The translations under genes and the position numbers were made by a program. Shown piece after piece: positions 18,791 to 28,286 of a stretch of 64,000 nucleotides of DNA; the stretch's first letter is position 1, and every line of letters starts with the position of its first letter. The notes under the pieces are model-generated. The model ran no database searches and was not told the DNA's origin. It saw nothing but the letters and a program-made list of their open reading frames with translations. The stretch lies in contig JBHLLP010000008.1 in assembly GCA_048885525.1 (NCBI GenBank), positions 47,735 through 111,734 of the forward strand, in the 5' to 3' direction. The DNA is from Candidatus Hermodarchaeota archaeon (GTDB lineage Archaea > Asgardarchaeota > Lokiarchaeia > Sigyniarchaeales > SOKP01).

Positions 18791-20005
18791 TTAAAAAAAA
18801 TCTGACACTTTTTTCCCTTCTTCAAAAATAGCATTAGCTTTTTGCATAATATCGGGAATATCTATTTGTTGTGGACACTTCTCAAGACATTCTCCACATT
18901 GAATACATAATGCGGCAGCTCCATCTACTTCGTCTCCGCGAGATAATCCTTCTTCGAAAGCTTCTTTAGTTTTTGCCATCCTATCATAAAAGAATGAAAT
19001 TCTGTCTTTACGTTCCTCTCCCCAATATCCTAAATCATTTAAAAACCTAAACACCCAGGGAATAGAAACACCATTAGGACAGGGTAAGCAATATCTACAA
19101 CTTGTACATGGCACAAGATCATATTTATCATAAGCATTACGCAATTCATCAATGGTATGCAGTTCAACTTTAGTTAAACTATTGCTTGCAGATTTATGTG
19201 CTGATTCGATATTTTCTTTAACTTGTTGCATATTGCTCATACCACTTAACACAACCGATACTTCAGGATGGTTCCAGACGAATTGTAAAGCCCAATCAGC
19301 CATAGTTCTTTTAATATTCGATCTATTTAAAATTCTTTTTATTTCAGGTTTTGTATTTAATTTTTTCTCCGGGATCGCTAACTTACCACCTCTTATTGGC
19401 TCCATAATAATTAAAGCAATACCTCTACTACCAGCAAATTTAACTCCTTTTATGCCTGCTTGATAATTCACATCAAGATAGTTATATTGAATTTGACAAC
19501 AGTCCCAATGATAATAATCGATAATTTCTTTAAATACTTCAAAATTATCATGAAATGAGAATCCAATATATTTAAACAGACCGTTCTCTTTTGCCTGTTC
19601 CATTTTTTCAATTAAATTTAATTCCTTGATTTTATCTAATCGATTTTTATTTAAACCATGGAAGAAATAGATATCTGGATTTGTTTGTAATCTCTGAATT
19701 TGTTCACTAAGAAGTCTATTAAAGTCCTCTCTTTTCTTAACTAACCATAATGGTGATTTTGTCGTAAGATATACTCTCTCTCGATATCCTTCTTGGAGTG
19801 CCTTCCCCACAATTACTTCGCTTTGCCCATTATGATAAGGATATGCTGTGTCTATATAATTTACTCCATTCTCAATAGCATAACGAATCATTTTTATTGC
19901 CTCCTCTTCATTAACCGTGTTTTGATCAATCATAGGTAGTCGCATAGCACCAAATCCCAGAACCGATACTTCCCATTCAAGGGATCCCATTTTTCTGTAT
20001 TTCAT
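18791..20005 (-). CDS. Aldo/keto reductase with C-terminal 4Fe-4S motifs
   Basis: VSVLGFGAMRLP, YIDTAYPYH, IMEPIRGG, CTSCRYCLPCP, CIQCGECLEKCPQ. Confidence 0.93.
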   Translation of the reverse strand: MKYRKMGSLEWEVSVLGFGAMRLPMIDQNTVNEEEAIKMIRYAIENGVNYIDTAYPYHNGQSEVIVGKALQEGYRERVYLTTKSPLWLVKKREDFNRLLSEQIQRLQTNPDIYFFHGLNKNRLDKIKELNLIEKMEQAKENGLFKYIGFSFHDNFEVFKEIIDYYHWDCCQIQYNYLDVNYQAGIKGVKFAGSRGIALIIMEPIRGGKLAIPEKKLNTKPEIKRILNRSNIKRTMADWALQFVWNHPEVSVVLSGMSNMQQVKENIESAHKSASNSLTKVELHTIDELRNAYDKYDLVPCTSCRYCLPCPNGVSIPWVFRFLNDLGYWGEERKDRISFFYDRMAKTKEAFEEGLSRGDEVDGAAALCIQCGECLEKCPQQIDIPDIMQKANAIFEEGKKVSDFF

Positions 20006-20203
20006 AATAGTTTTATTAATTTATTCCGTAATTTCTTATATATTGTATTTCAATTAATTGTGTAGATATTATAAGTTTTAATAAAAGCTCTTTTTTAAAA
20101 TAAGAGTAATTTAATTAACGAATTACTAAAAATTTGGAGAGTTTTTCTTTTTATAAAGAGCAACTGTTACTTTTTTTATTAATAGTATCAAAAGTGAAAA
20201 TTT

Positions 20204-20356
20204 ATGATTAGTGATTCAAATTTAGTATTTGATTTACATATAATCGAATGTCCCTTTTTTCCATCATGTGAACTGCCAAAAATACAGTTCTTATGTAAAA
20301 TTCCAAATTGCAGAAATTGTCCAGACTATATTTCTAAATTAGAAAAAATTAAATAG
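20204..20356 (+). CDS. Small Cys-rich protein (50 aa, below ORF-track cutoff)
   Basis: MISDSNLVFDLHIIECPFFPSCELPKIQFLCKIPNCRNCPDYISKLEKIK; five Cys, fills an intergenic gap. Confidence 0.55.
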   Translation: MISDSNLVFDLHIIECPFFPSCELPKIQFLCKIPNCRNCPDYISKLEKIK

Positions 20357-20372
20357 TAATTCTAATAGATTT

Positions 20373-21083
20373 TTAAAATTTACTATTAATTTGGTCTCTA
20401 TATTTGATATATTCTTTAATTAATTTAATTTTATCAAGTTTAAATCTTTTTAAGTTAAGTTCTGAGAGATTATAACCATAAACTTTCTCAATAAAATTTG
20501 AAATCATATAAGCTGTTGCACCCCATACTGTAAATATTTTTCCGTTTTCTTTTTTTGTATAATTAAAATAAAAGATAGGAAATTTACTCCCAGTGATGTC
20601 AACAGCTTGTTCTCTAAAATTAATCTTATTTGTAAAAAAATCAATTGGGATTCTTACAATTTCTTGAACTTCTCTATCATCTTTTATTAACTTTTGATTT
20701 TTATCAATAATTCCAACAAAGGGAGTGATAATATATCTTGTCATCGTAGGAAAATCATCAAGACATCCAATTATTTTTATATCTTCACGTGATATTCCTA
20801 TTTCTTCTTCTGTTTCTCTTAATGCAGTATCTTTTAAGGAATTATCTAAAAAAGGGTCAAATTTTCCTCCTGGAAATGACATTTCACCTTTATGTCTTGA
20901 GCCCTTATTTGATCTATGAATTAAAACTAATTCATATGGTTGATCTTTGTAGGGTATGATTGAAAAAAGAACAGCTGAACTGGTGAAAAATTTATCTTTA
21001 ATAGAAACTCTTTGAGGTGAATCACATAAATATAAAGATTTTTTGATTAAATTTTCATTGAAAATCAAGCTAGCTCTATTCAT
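20373..21083 (-). CDS. Nudix hydrolase, CoA pyrophosphatase (NudL/PCD1) family
   Basis: SAVL, HKGEMSFPGG, TALRETEEEIG, VWGATA. Confidence 0.9.
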   Translation of the reverse strand: MNRASLIFNENLIKKSLYLCDSPQRVSIKDKFFTSSAVLFSIIPYKDQPYELVLIHRSNKGSRHKGEMSFPGGKFDPFLDNSLKDTALRETEEEIGISREDIKIIGCLDDFPTMTRYIITPFVGIIDKNQKLIKDDREVQEIVRIPIDFFTNKINFREQAVDITGSKFPIFYFNYTKKENGKIFTVWGATAYMISNFIEKVYGYNLSELNLKRFKLDKIKLIKEYIKYRDQINSKF

Positions 21084-21168
21084 TTGTTCTAGCAAAAATT
21101 TTAAGATAGTAATTATTTAAAAAAACATAATATTCTATCATAATAAAGTTTTTAGCAAGTGTTTTAAC

Positions 21169-21468
21169 GTGAAACTCCCGAAAGAGCTTAGAGATAAAGG
21201 AGAATTAAGTGGATCAACTAAAAATAGAAAGTGTTCAATAAAAGATTGTAGTGAATTTGCTATTCGTTCGCTTTCAGAAAGTTCTTGGAAATTATATATT
21301 GAAAAAGCAGGCTTAAAATATAATAAAAATGCACGACATAAGATTTATTTGTGTAAAATCCATTATAATCAATCAAATAAATATAGAAAATCACAAGAAA
21401 AGATATTTCAGAAAAAAGGATTTTTAGATAATTCAATTGCAGTTAAAAAAGGCAAATGGGATTATTAA
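21169..21468 (+). CDS. Small basic putative Zn-binding hypothetical protein
   Basis: CSIKDC...AIRSL...YLCKIHY motif. Confidence 0.7.
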   Translation: MKLPKELRDKGELSGSTKNRKCSIKDCSEFAIRSLSESSWKLYIEKAGLKYNKNARHKIYLCKIHYNQSNKYRKSQEKIFQKKGFLDNSIAVKKGKWDY

Positions 21469-21590
21469 GGAATCATAACCATTTGTTCATAAATTGAATT
21501 TACTAAATAATATTGTCCTTGAATAATTCCAATAGTTAAAAGCGATAATCCAACAAGTAAAATTATAATTGCAACTAATTTATTTCTCAT
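21465..21590 (-). CDS. Small single-TM protein (41 aa, below ORF-track cutoff)
   Basis: MRNKLVAIIILLVGLSLLTIGIIQGQYYLVNSIYEQMVMIP; co-oriented just after 21642-22523. Confidence 0.5.
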   Translation of the reverse strand: MRNKLVAIIILLVGLSLLTIGIIQGQYYLVNSIYEQMVMIP

Positions 21591-21641
21591 ACTTCTCGTA
21601 ACTTTAAATATTTCTTAATAAAAATAGTTTAACAATTAATT

Positions 21642-22523
21642 CTATTTTGTTAATTTTTCCAAAGTACTAATTTTTGTATTAATCTTTTTCAATTTAAGGT
21701 CAAATTCCTTATCTTTTTTATTATAATCATCTTCTGTAATCTCTTTTGCATGATATCTACCTTTATTAAGCTTTCTCTCTCCAGAAATTTCTGCTTTTTC
21801 TAATTTTAAATCTTGAATCCATAATTTCATTCCTTCAATTAGGTCTTCTGTTTCACTTTCTAAATCAATTTTTTCTTGTTTATATTTTTCTCTTAATTTC
21901 TCAAAAGTTTCTTTATCAACTTTATGCAATTTATGCTCTCTTGATAAATTTTCAAGTTGAAAAATTTTAGTGTCAATGTCATCTTGAATTCTTTGAACAA
22001 TGAAAGGTTCTTCTAAGTTCTGCTTAATTACATTCTCTTTCTCTTTCAATTCACTTATTAATGTTTTTACTGCCTCTAATTTTAAATTTATTTCTTTTTT
22101 AAATTCCATATCATAATCATACCGTTCATCTTTTGTTGATTTTGAAATTTCAGTCAATTTTTCAGCAAGGACTTCTTTGTTTAATTGAATATCGTTATAT
22201 TCAATATAATAAACCAATTGTTCTTTTACTTCTTCTGGAAGAGGCTTGATTTCTTTTTTTTCTTTTGCCTTTTTGGCTTTCTTCTTATCTTTTTCTGCTT
22301 CTTCCATATCAAAAATTTGCTGTTTTTGTTCCTCTTCCCTCTGTTGGATTTCTTCTACTTTTTCTTTAACTTCTACTTTTTCTTCTTTTTTTACTTCTTC
22401 TTTTCTATCTAAACTTTTTGCTGATTTAGGGATATCAGTGAGCAAGGGTTTACCACAAATAATACAGAACTTATCTGTTTCTTTTACAGGGTTACCACAA
22501 TAAGGACAAAACTTGGGGCTCAT
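21642..22523 (-). CDS. Zinc-ribbon + coiled-coil protein with CdvA/steadiness-box-like helical hairpins
   Basis: CPYC...CIIC ribbon, charged linker, repeats EHKLHKVDKETFEKLREKY and RYHAKEITEDDYNKKDKEF. Confidence 0.6.
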   Translation of the reverse strand: MSPKFCPYCGNPVKETDKFCIICGKPLLTDIPKSAKSLDRKEEVKKEEKVEVKEKVEEIQQREEEQKQQIFDMEEAEKDKKKAKKAKEKKEIKPLPEEVKEQLVYYIEYNDIQLNKEVLAEKLTEISKSTKDERYDYDMEFKKEINLKLEAVKTLISELKEKENVIKQNLEEPFIVQRIQDDIDTKIFQLENLSREHKLHKVDKETFEKLREKYKQEKIDLESETEDLIEGMKLWIQDLKLEKAEISGERKLNKGRYHAKEITEDDYNKKDKEFDLKLKKINTKISTLEKLTK

Positions 22524-22750
22524 ATCTTCACCATTTTAAAGATGTCTTATTATTCTTTATTTAATTAAAATAAAACTTTAATTATAAGTCTATTAGAGTC
22601 CAATATTTAAAAGAATTATGATGTCAGTATTCATTTCTCTTACTGTTTAATTGTTAAAAATCTGAAAATTATATGAAATTTCTAACATAAAATTAAATTT
22701 TGTAGGTAGACCTAATGATTGGATATATACTTCTTTTGAGAGATTTAACA

Positions 22751-23935
22751 CTAACCTAGAACACGTTTTGCGTAAGGAATTTTTCGAAAGATGAAATGAC
22801 TAAGGAAGAAGCAGAGAGGCACAGCAATTAGAGAAACAATGATAAATTTTACTACAGTTGGGATGGTTATTGACAAAAAGGCTACATTAAGTGCAATAAG
22901 GACTGGTTGGTGTATTATGTAAACGGTAAATACATTTGTAGCTAAATTTTTATATAAACGCCCCTGATGAGTAATTAGTTCCCGAAACATATATATTAGC
23001 CAAATTGGAATCCCTATCAAAAGAATTGATTCCCAGATGGTATATGTTAATGCTTGCCATGTAAATCCTCCTTTAAAGACGTCGTAATTTCCATTTTCCA
23101 ATGCCCCTCCTAACAATAAAATGATCGGGGCAAGAATGATCATAATAAGAGATATGATCCCCCACTTTCGGGCATGTGAATTAGATATCCGGCTAAACCA
23201 ATCCCCCCTATAAGCTAATATACCGCAGTAAAAGGAAAATATATAATGAATAATATGGGCGAATTGAATAAAAAAATACCATGTATCTACCGGGAAAAAT
23301 AGCCGAACCAAAAAGTTTAGAAATGATAGAATCCCAATAGAGAGAATTATTACCCTACTAGGAGGAAATTTATCTCGAAATATATGAATAGATTTTTGTG
23401 GAAAATATCTATCTGTAAACACTCGGAATAGCACATAAACTCCTGCAAAAATCAATAAAACCAATAAAAACCAAAGATGCCCGAAATTGAGATTAAAATT
23501 TGTATATTGGTATTGTAGGACCTCCAGGAAAGACCAACTCTCAGTACTATCTACTGCAAAATTTAGTAAGATGTAAAAGTTAATCGGTCGGATTATAATG
23601 ATTAACAGAACCAAAGGAATCCCTAAACGGATCAACCGATCTTTGAGAAATTTGAGTGACCCTTTTTCTTCATAGGATCGAGGAGTGAAATACCCTGCTA
23701 ATAGAAAGAAGGCAGACATAAAGAATGATTGATTAATAGCATTAAATAAGGTAAAGATGATGGGACTGATGGAATCAGACGCCCCTTCTCTTATTGCCCA
23801 ACCACCACTTCCACCGTATGCGATAGCAGCATGATGAACAATCACTAAAATCGTTAAAAATATACGTAATTTATCCAAGTAAAAGAGTCTTGTTTTTATA
23901 GATGGTATTTGTATTTCTTCTTGTATTTGTTTCAT
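22751..23935 (-). CDS. Acyltransferase-3 family (OpgC/MdoC-like) membrane protein
   Basis: RLFYLDKLR, VHH, FFMSAFFLLAGYF, DRLIRLGIP, HLWFL, VYIIH. Confidence 0.92.
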   Translation of the reverse strand: MKQIQEEIQIPSIKTRLFYLDKLRIFLTILVIVHHAAIAYGGSGGWAIREGASDSISPIIFTLFNAINQSFFMSAFFLLAGYFTPRSYEEKGSLKFLKDRLIRLGIPLVLLIIIIRPINFYILLNFAVDSTESWSFLEVLQYQYTNFNLNFGHLWFLLVLLIFAGVYVLFRVFTDRYFPQKSIHIFRDKFPPSRVIILSIGILSFLNFLVRLFFPVDTWYFFIQFAHIIHYIFSFYCGILAYRGDWFSRISNSHARKWGIISLIMIILAPIILLLGGALENGNYDVFKGGFTWQALTYTIWESILLIGIPIWLIYMFRELITHQGRLYKNLATNVFTVYIIHQPVLIALNVAFLSITIPTVVKFIIVSLIAVPLCFFLSHFIFRKIPYAKRVLG

Positions 23936-24111
23936 GAAAATATCAAAACTTTTAGTTTAGAAAATTATAAAATAACTTACTTGCTATTTTCAATTCAAAT
24001 TATACTTAAGATTAAAGGAGTCCAATTTTTAAAATTCCTTATATTGAATTGTATTTTTAATCAAATTCAATAACAACTTATAAATTTACTTCATATTTAA
24101 TGTAATTAGAG

Positions 24112-25530
24112 ATGGATATTGAAAATAAAATCCCAATACACATTGGATTATTTGGGCATATTGACTCTGGGAAGACAGCAATAGCAAAAGTAATTAGTGA
24201 AATAATTTCTACAGCTGGTATTGATGCACATCCCCAGAGCAAAGAAAGAGGGATAACTATAGATTTAGGTTTTACAAGTTTTTTGCTGGATAAATATCTA
24301 GTTACCTTAGTGGATGGTCCTGGTCATGCAGATTTAATAAGGATTAGTGCTTCTTCAATAGAAATTATCGATTGCGCTTTAATTGTTATAGATATTAATA
24401 AAGGGCCTCAAGTTCAAACGGGAGAACATCTTATTATGATCGAATCGCTTGAAATCGATAAAATCATTGTTATTCTCAATAAAATCGATCTTTTTACTGG
24501 AAACCTTGAGGTAGAAATAAATAAAACAAGGGAATTTTTTAATTCAACATCTTTTGGCTATGATGTTCCAATTTTTGCTATTTCAGCAAAAAAAGAAATA
24601 GGTTTTGAAGAATTAAAGATTGGGATATTAGAAATGATTAATTCATTGAAAATTGATAGAGTTACTGAAGGTGAGGTCATTATTCCCATTGATCATCATT
24701 TTCCAATAAAAGGTATGGGATCAATTTTAACAGGTACAATGTTAAATGGAATCTTAAAAATAAATCAAAAGCTCGAAATATTACCAGTAAAAGTATCCGG
24801 TAGAGTCAAAAACATTCAGATATTTCACCAGAATGTCGATACTGCAAAAGCAGGTGATAGGGTTGGGATTAATATAAAAAGATTGGATTTGAAAAAAATA
24901 TATCGAGGTTGTTATGCAACAAATAATCCTGATGCTTTTGAGTATTGCAATACTATTGAAGTAAAAATAAATAATAATAGGTTATTCAAACCAAAAACTA
25001 GTTCTGGGACTCAAGTTCATATTACAATTGGAATGGTAACTATTACGGGTTATATTTATCCATACTATGAATTGGATGGAAAAAAAATTCAAACTTCAGT
25101 TTCAAATAGAGATCAAGGATTTAAGGCAATAATTTTGTTCAAGGAAAAAGTTTTAATAAGAAAAGCAAGAACAATTATGTTGTTAAGTCGATTAGATTTA
25201 CCTCCAACTACCTTAAGAATATTAGGATCAGCAGTATTATTGAAGATATATAAAGATCCACCTTTACTATATAAACGCAAAACAAAAAAAGGCATAATTA
25301 AAAATCCAGACCACCCTCAAGGAATTGTCTGTGTAGGGTTAGCACAAAGCGTTACTGGTGCCAAAAAAATTGTTGGTAAAAGTTTAGAACATCCTTTTAC
25401 AAAAGTTTTAAACACTTTTGGTAGTAAAGGAGCAGTTATTGTTGGTATTAAAGAAATAGAAAAAAAAGTAAACAAGGGAGATCCCGTGTTTCTGAAAGAA
25501 TTAAGAAGTTTTCAACTAAAAAACATTTAA
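24112..25530 (+). CDS. selB: Selenocysteine-specific elongation factor SelB (archaeal/eEFSec type)
   Basis: GHIDSGKT, ERGITIDLGF, DGPGHADLI, QTGEH, NKID, IDHHFPIKGMGSILTGT, RLDLPPTTLRI. Confidence 0.95.
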   Translation: MDIENKIPIHIGLFGHIDSGKTAIAKVISEIISTAGIDAHPQSKERGITIDLGFTSFLLDKYLVTLVDGPGHADLIRISASSIEIIDCALIVIDINKGPQVQTGEHLIMIESLEIDKIIVILNKIDLFTGNLEVEINKTREFFNSTSFGYDVPIFAISAKKEIGFEELKIGILEMINSLKIDRVTEGEVIIPIDHHFPIKGMGSILTGTMLNGILKINQKLEILPVKVSGRVKNIQIFHQNVDTAKAGDRVGINIKRLDLKKIYRGCYATNNPDAFEYCNTIEVKINNNRLFKPKTSSGTQVHITIGMVTITGYIYPYYELDGKKIQTSVSNRDQGFKAIILFKEKVLIRKARTIMLLSRLDLPPTTLRILGSAVLLKIYKDPPLLYKRKTKKGIIKNPDHPQGIVCVGLAQSVTGAKKIVGKSLEHPFTKVLNTFGSKGAVIVGIKEIEKKVNKGDPVFLKELRSFQLKNI

Positions 25531-25570
25531 ATGCTCAAAAATTAATATTATCTTAACAGAGGTGTTTAAA

Positions 25571-26005
25571 TTGGAAAAAGCTAATGATTCTGAAATTGAC
25601 ATCAATCAAGATATTCTAGATGAATTAATGCGAGCTTTGGAGAGGTTAGAAGCTTCAACCGATTTGGAAGGAACAGCTGTAGTTTCAAAAACTGGATTAA
25701 GAATTGCGAGTTCTGAAACTGCTGATGTTGTTTGGGATATTTATAGTGCTAGTCCAGCTACCCTAATTTCCTTAGGTGAAAAAATTAGCCAAGGTTTACA
25801 ACAAGGCGAATTAAGAGACATTGTCATTAGAGGAACTAAAGGTTATACAATAATATTAGTCGGATCAGCAGAAAATAATTTTATGTTATTTACCAACTGT
25901 AAAAAGGGGTATAAGTTAGGATATTATTTCCATAAGATTAGAAAATCTTTTAGAGAAATGGAACCAGTTTTAAAGAAAATTGAGACAAAAGATATAACTT
26001 ATTAG
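25571..26005 (+). CDS. Roadblock/LC7 domain protein
   Basis: LEGTAVVSKTGLRIAS...LGEKISQGLQQGELRDIVIRGTKGYTII; TTG start 6 nt after GAGGTG. Confidence 0.88.
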   Translation: MEKANDSEIDINQDILDELMRALERLEASTDLEGTAVVSKTGLRIASSETADVVWDIYSASPATLISLGEKISQGLQQGELRDIVIRGTKGYTIILVGSAENNFMLFTNCKKGYKLGYYFHKIRKSFREMEPVLKKIETKDITY

Positions 26006-26072
26006 TAAAAACTTTCTTCTATCTTGTTTCTATACTAAATAGAATAAAAAATAATGGAAAAACCATTTTATT

Positions 26073-27869
26073 TTACCCAAAAATCCATTTGACAACATCA
26101 CTATTCTTTAAATTATATTTATTTGCTGAAACTCCAGGAAATTCATCATTAATAGAATAACGCCAATTCCCACTTCTATAATTAATACTCTCCACGATAA
26201 TTCCCATATCACCGTAATCAGTGATTTCTACCTTACAACATTTTGTTAATGCATCATAAGCAGTAGTATTGTAATCAGTTAACACAATATTTTCCCACGT
26301 ATTAACTGTTCCATTTCCATAATCAACAATTAGGGTTATATCTTGGACTTCTTTTAAAGGTTCATTTACTTCACTAACCTCTATACTTGAGGTAAAAACG
26401 AAAAAGGCCGCAAAACTAGCAATAGCTAAGATGCCAATTATTATATATTTATTAAATTTCATGATTTTAGGTTTAAACCTTGATATAATTAGAGATGCTA
26501 ATATTAATGTTAAACTTATTAAAGCAATACCTATATATGGAAGCAATTTTACGAAAAAGTTATCTGATTGGGTAAATCTATCTTCTGAAGATTCCCATGG
26601 AATATAACCATTAATTACCATCTCAATTAAATAACTTCCTACTGAAGTATTAGCCCAAAGTAAAAGTCCACTCCATTTTTCATAAATCATTTGTGTCTTT
26701 TGTCCTCCACCAATTTGTTCAAATGATATCTTAAGGGTTGATAATGTTTCTTCAAGAGAAACTAATCCATTTACAAATCCTGATCCCTCTTGTAATGCAA
26801 GATTCTTTACTTTTGTTAAATTGTCGATAATTTGTATTAGAAAACCAGATTGGAAGTTATTATATCCAAGTGTGAGAGCCCATCCTAATTCACTATTTGA
26901 TCTATTACTTAGTGTGAAATTTGTTAATAAAATACCAGAAATGTTCTCAGCTATTTCAATATCAAACCAAGGGATAGGATCATCTATAATATTACCCCAA
27001 TCATTTTGATCTTTATTAAAATAGCCTGTAATATTGATAGAAATTTGACCTCCAAGATTAGTTTTCCAATCACCTTCATAGGAGTTACCCGGCCATGCTG
27101 TAAAATTATACCACCCAACAGCTCCTCCAAATTGAAGAACATTATATTCAAAGTTCGAATTATAATCTAAAGTGAAGTTTAATGATTGGATTTCAAGTAA
27201 AAATCCAAATATACTAGTTTTTGCCCAGACTAATAAGCCCGTCCACTTATCATATAAAAATGATGTTTTTTGATCACCATTAATTTGTTCAAATCCAATA
27301 TATAAGAAATTATATGTCTCTTCTATATTAATATCTCCTATAATGTCATATATTCCTCCAGGATTTGCTTGACTTATAGCCAACTTTTTAATATTTGTCA
27401 GATTTTCGTTTGGTATTAAAAATCCTGGTTGAAAATTGTTATATCCAAGTGTTAAGGCTCTCGCAACTTCACTGTTGGATTTATTAGTTAATGTGAAGTT
27501 TGTGCTAAGAATTCCTAGATTATTCACATAAATTCCAACATCGAACCAGGGGATTGGATCTTCGAATACATTTCCCCAATCACCAGGATCTTTATCATAA
27601 AAACCTGTGAAATTTATATTAATTTGACCATCAATGTTAGTTCTCCAATCTCCTTCATAAGAATTAGGCCATGGAGAAAAATTATACCATGAAGCAGAGT
27701 CTCCGAACTGTTTAACTTCATATACATAAGTATCATTGAAATTAAGATTCTGACAATATGAATTAGGAATAGCTTCTACAGCTCTAACAACCGGGATTGA
27801 ACCTGAATAAATTAATTGAATAAAAACTATAAGAAAGATAAGATATGTTGTTTTTTTGGAGTCGGTCAT
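26073..27869 (-). CDS. Membrane-anchored surface protein: signal peptide, two tandem ~190-aa repeats, 2 TM, C-terminal DUF4430 (transcobalamin-like) domain
   Basis: C-terminal TLIVDYGNG, TAYDAL, GIIVESIN, WRYSIN, YNLKNSDVVKW; internal duplication visible. Confidence 0.75.
   Translation of the reverse strand: MTDSKKTTYLIFLIVFIQLIYSGSIPVVRAVEAIPNSYCQNLNFNDTYVYEVKQFGDSASWYNFSPWPNSYEGDWRTNIDGQININFTGFYDKDPGDWGNVFEDPIPWFDVGIYVNNLGILSTNFTLTNKSNSEVARALTLGYNNFQPGFLIPNENLTNIKKLAISQANPGGIYDIIGDINIEETYNFLYIGFEQINGDQKTSFLYDKWTGLLVWAKTSIFGFLLEIQSLNFTLDYNSNFEYNVLQFGGAVGWYNFTAWPGNSYEGDWKTNLGGQISINITGYFNKDQNDWGNIIDDPIPWFDIEIAENISGILLTNFTLSNRSNSELGWALTLGYNNFQSGFLIQIIDNLTKVKNLALQEGSGFVNGLVSLEETLSTLKISFEQIGGGQKTQMIYEKWSGLLLWANTSVGSYLIEMVINGYIPWESSEDRFTQSDNFFVKLLPYIGIALISLTLILASLIISRFKPKIMKFNKYIIIGILAIASFAAFFVFTSSIEVSEVNEPLKEVQDITLIVDYGNGTVNTWENIVLTDYNTTAYDALTKCCKVEITDYGDMGIIVESINYRSGNWRYSINDEFPGVSANKYNLKNSDVVKWIFG
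26610..27730 (-). repeat. Intragenic tandem domain duplication
   Basis: WYNF..WP..SYEGDW.TN, D..DWGN...DPIPWFD, SNSE...ALTLGYNNFQ.GFLI and Y.KW.GLL.WA.TS each occur twice; boundaries approximate. Confidence 0.9.
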
Positions 27870-27914
27870 CACGTTCAATTAATATATTTTATTTTTAATG
27901 AATAGTAATAATTA

Positions 27915-27939
27915 ATAGGTTAAGTTTCCTAGGAAACTT
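27915..27939. promoter_or_regulatory. Putative operator: TAGGAAACTTAACCTAT (minus strand, 27915-27931) overlapping perfect palindrome AAGTTTCCTAGGAAACTT (27922-27939)
   Basis: Identical 17-mer recurs at 29333-29349; both copies lie upstream of, and are oriented with, probable vitamin-uptake genes. Confidence 0.65.
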
Positions 27940-28117
27940 GTACTAGTATTTATAAATATAGGATCTATTTTTAATATTTTGATCTTGCGATAAAATATTT
28001 AAATTCAAATACCAATGATCAATTATCACGAGAAAACAGAGAAAATTGAATTAAGAATGATAAAATCTGAGGAACATCGCCAAAACTTATTAAACCTTGC
28101 AAGAAGGCTCTGTTACT

Positions 28118-28264
28118 ATGAAAGATACAGTTACAATTAATACTAATAGTTGCTTAGGATGCGGTTAATGTGCACTGAAATATCCAAATAGTGCAATAAC
28201 TATGAAATGTCTCGAAAGAGAAGAAGTTCCGCTTAAAAGAGAAGCGATTGAAATTGTGAATTAA
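28118..28264 (+). pseudogene. Remnant of a 4Fe-4S ferredoxin-type gene
   Basis: MKDTVTINTNSCLGCG*CALKYPNSAITMKC...; in-frame TAA at 28166-28168 within CxxCxxC, and the fourth Cys replaced by Tyr. Confidence 0.7.
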
Positions 28265-28286
28265 AAAAATTCTTTTTATTTACTTA

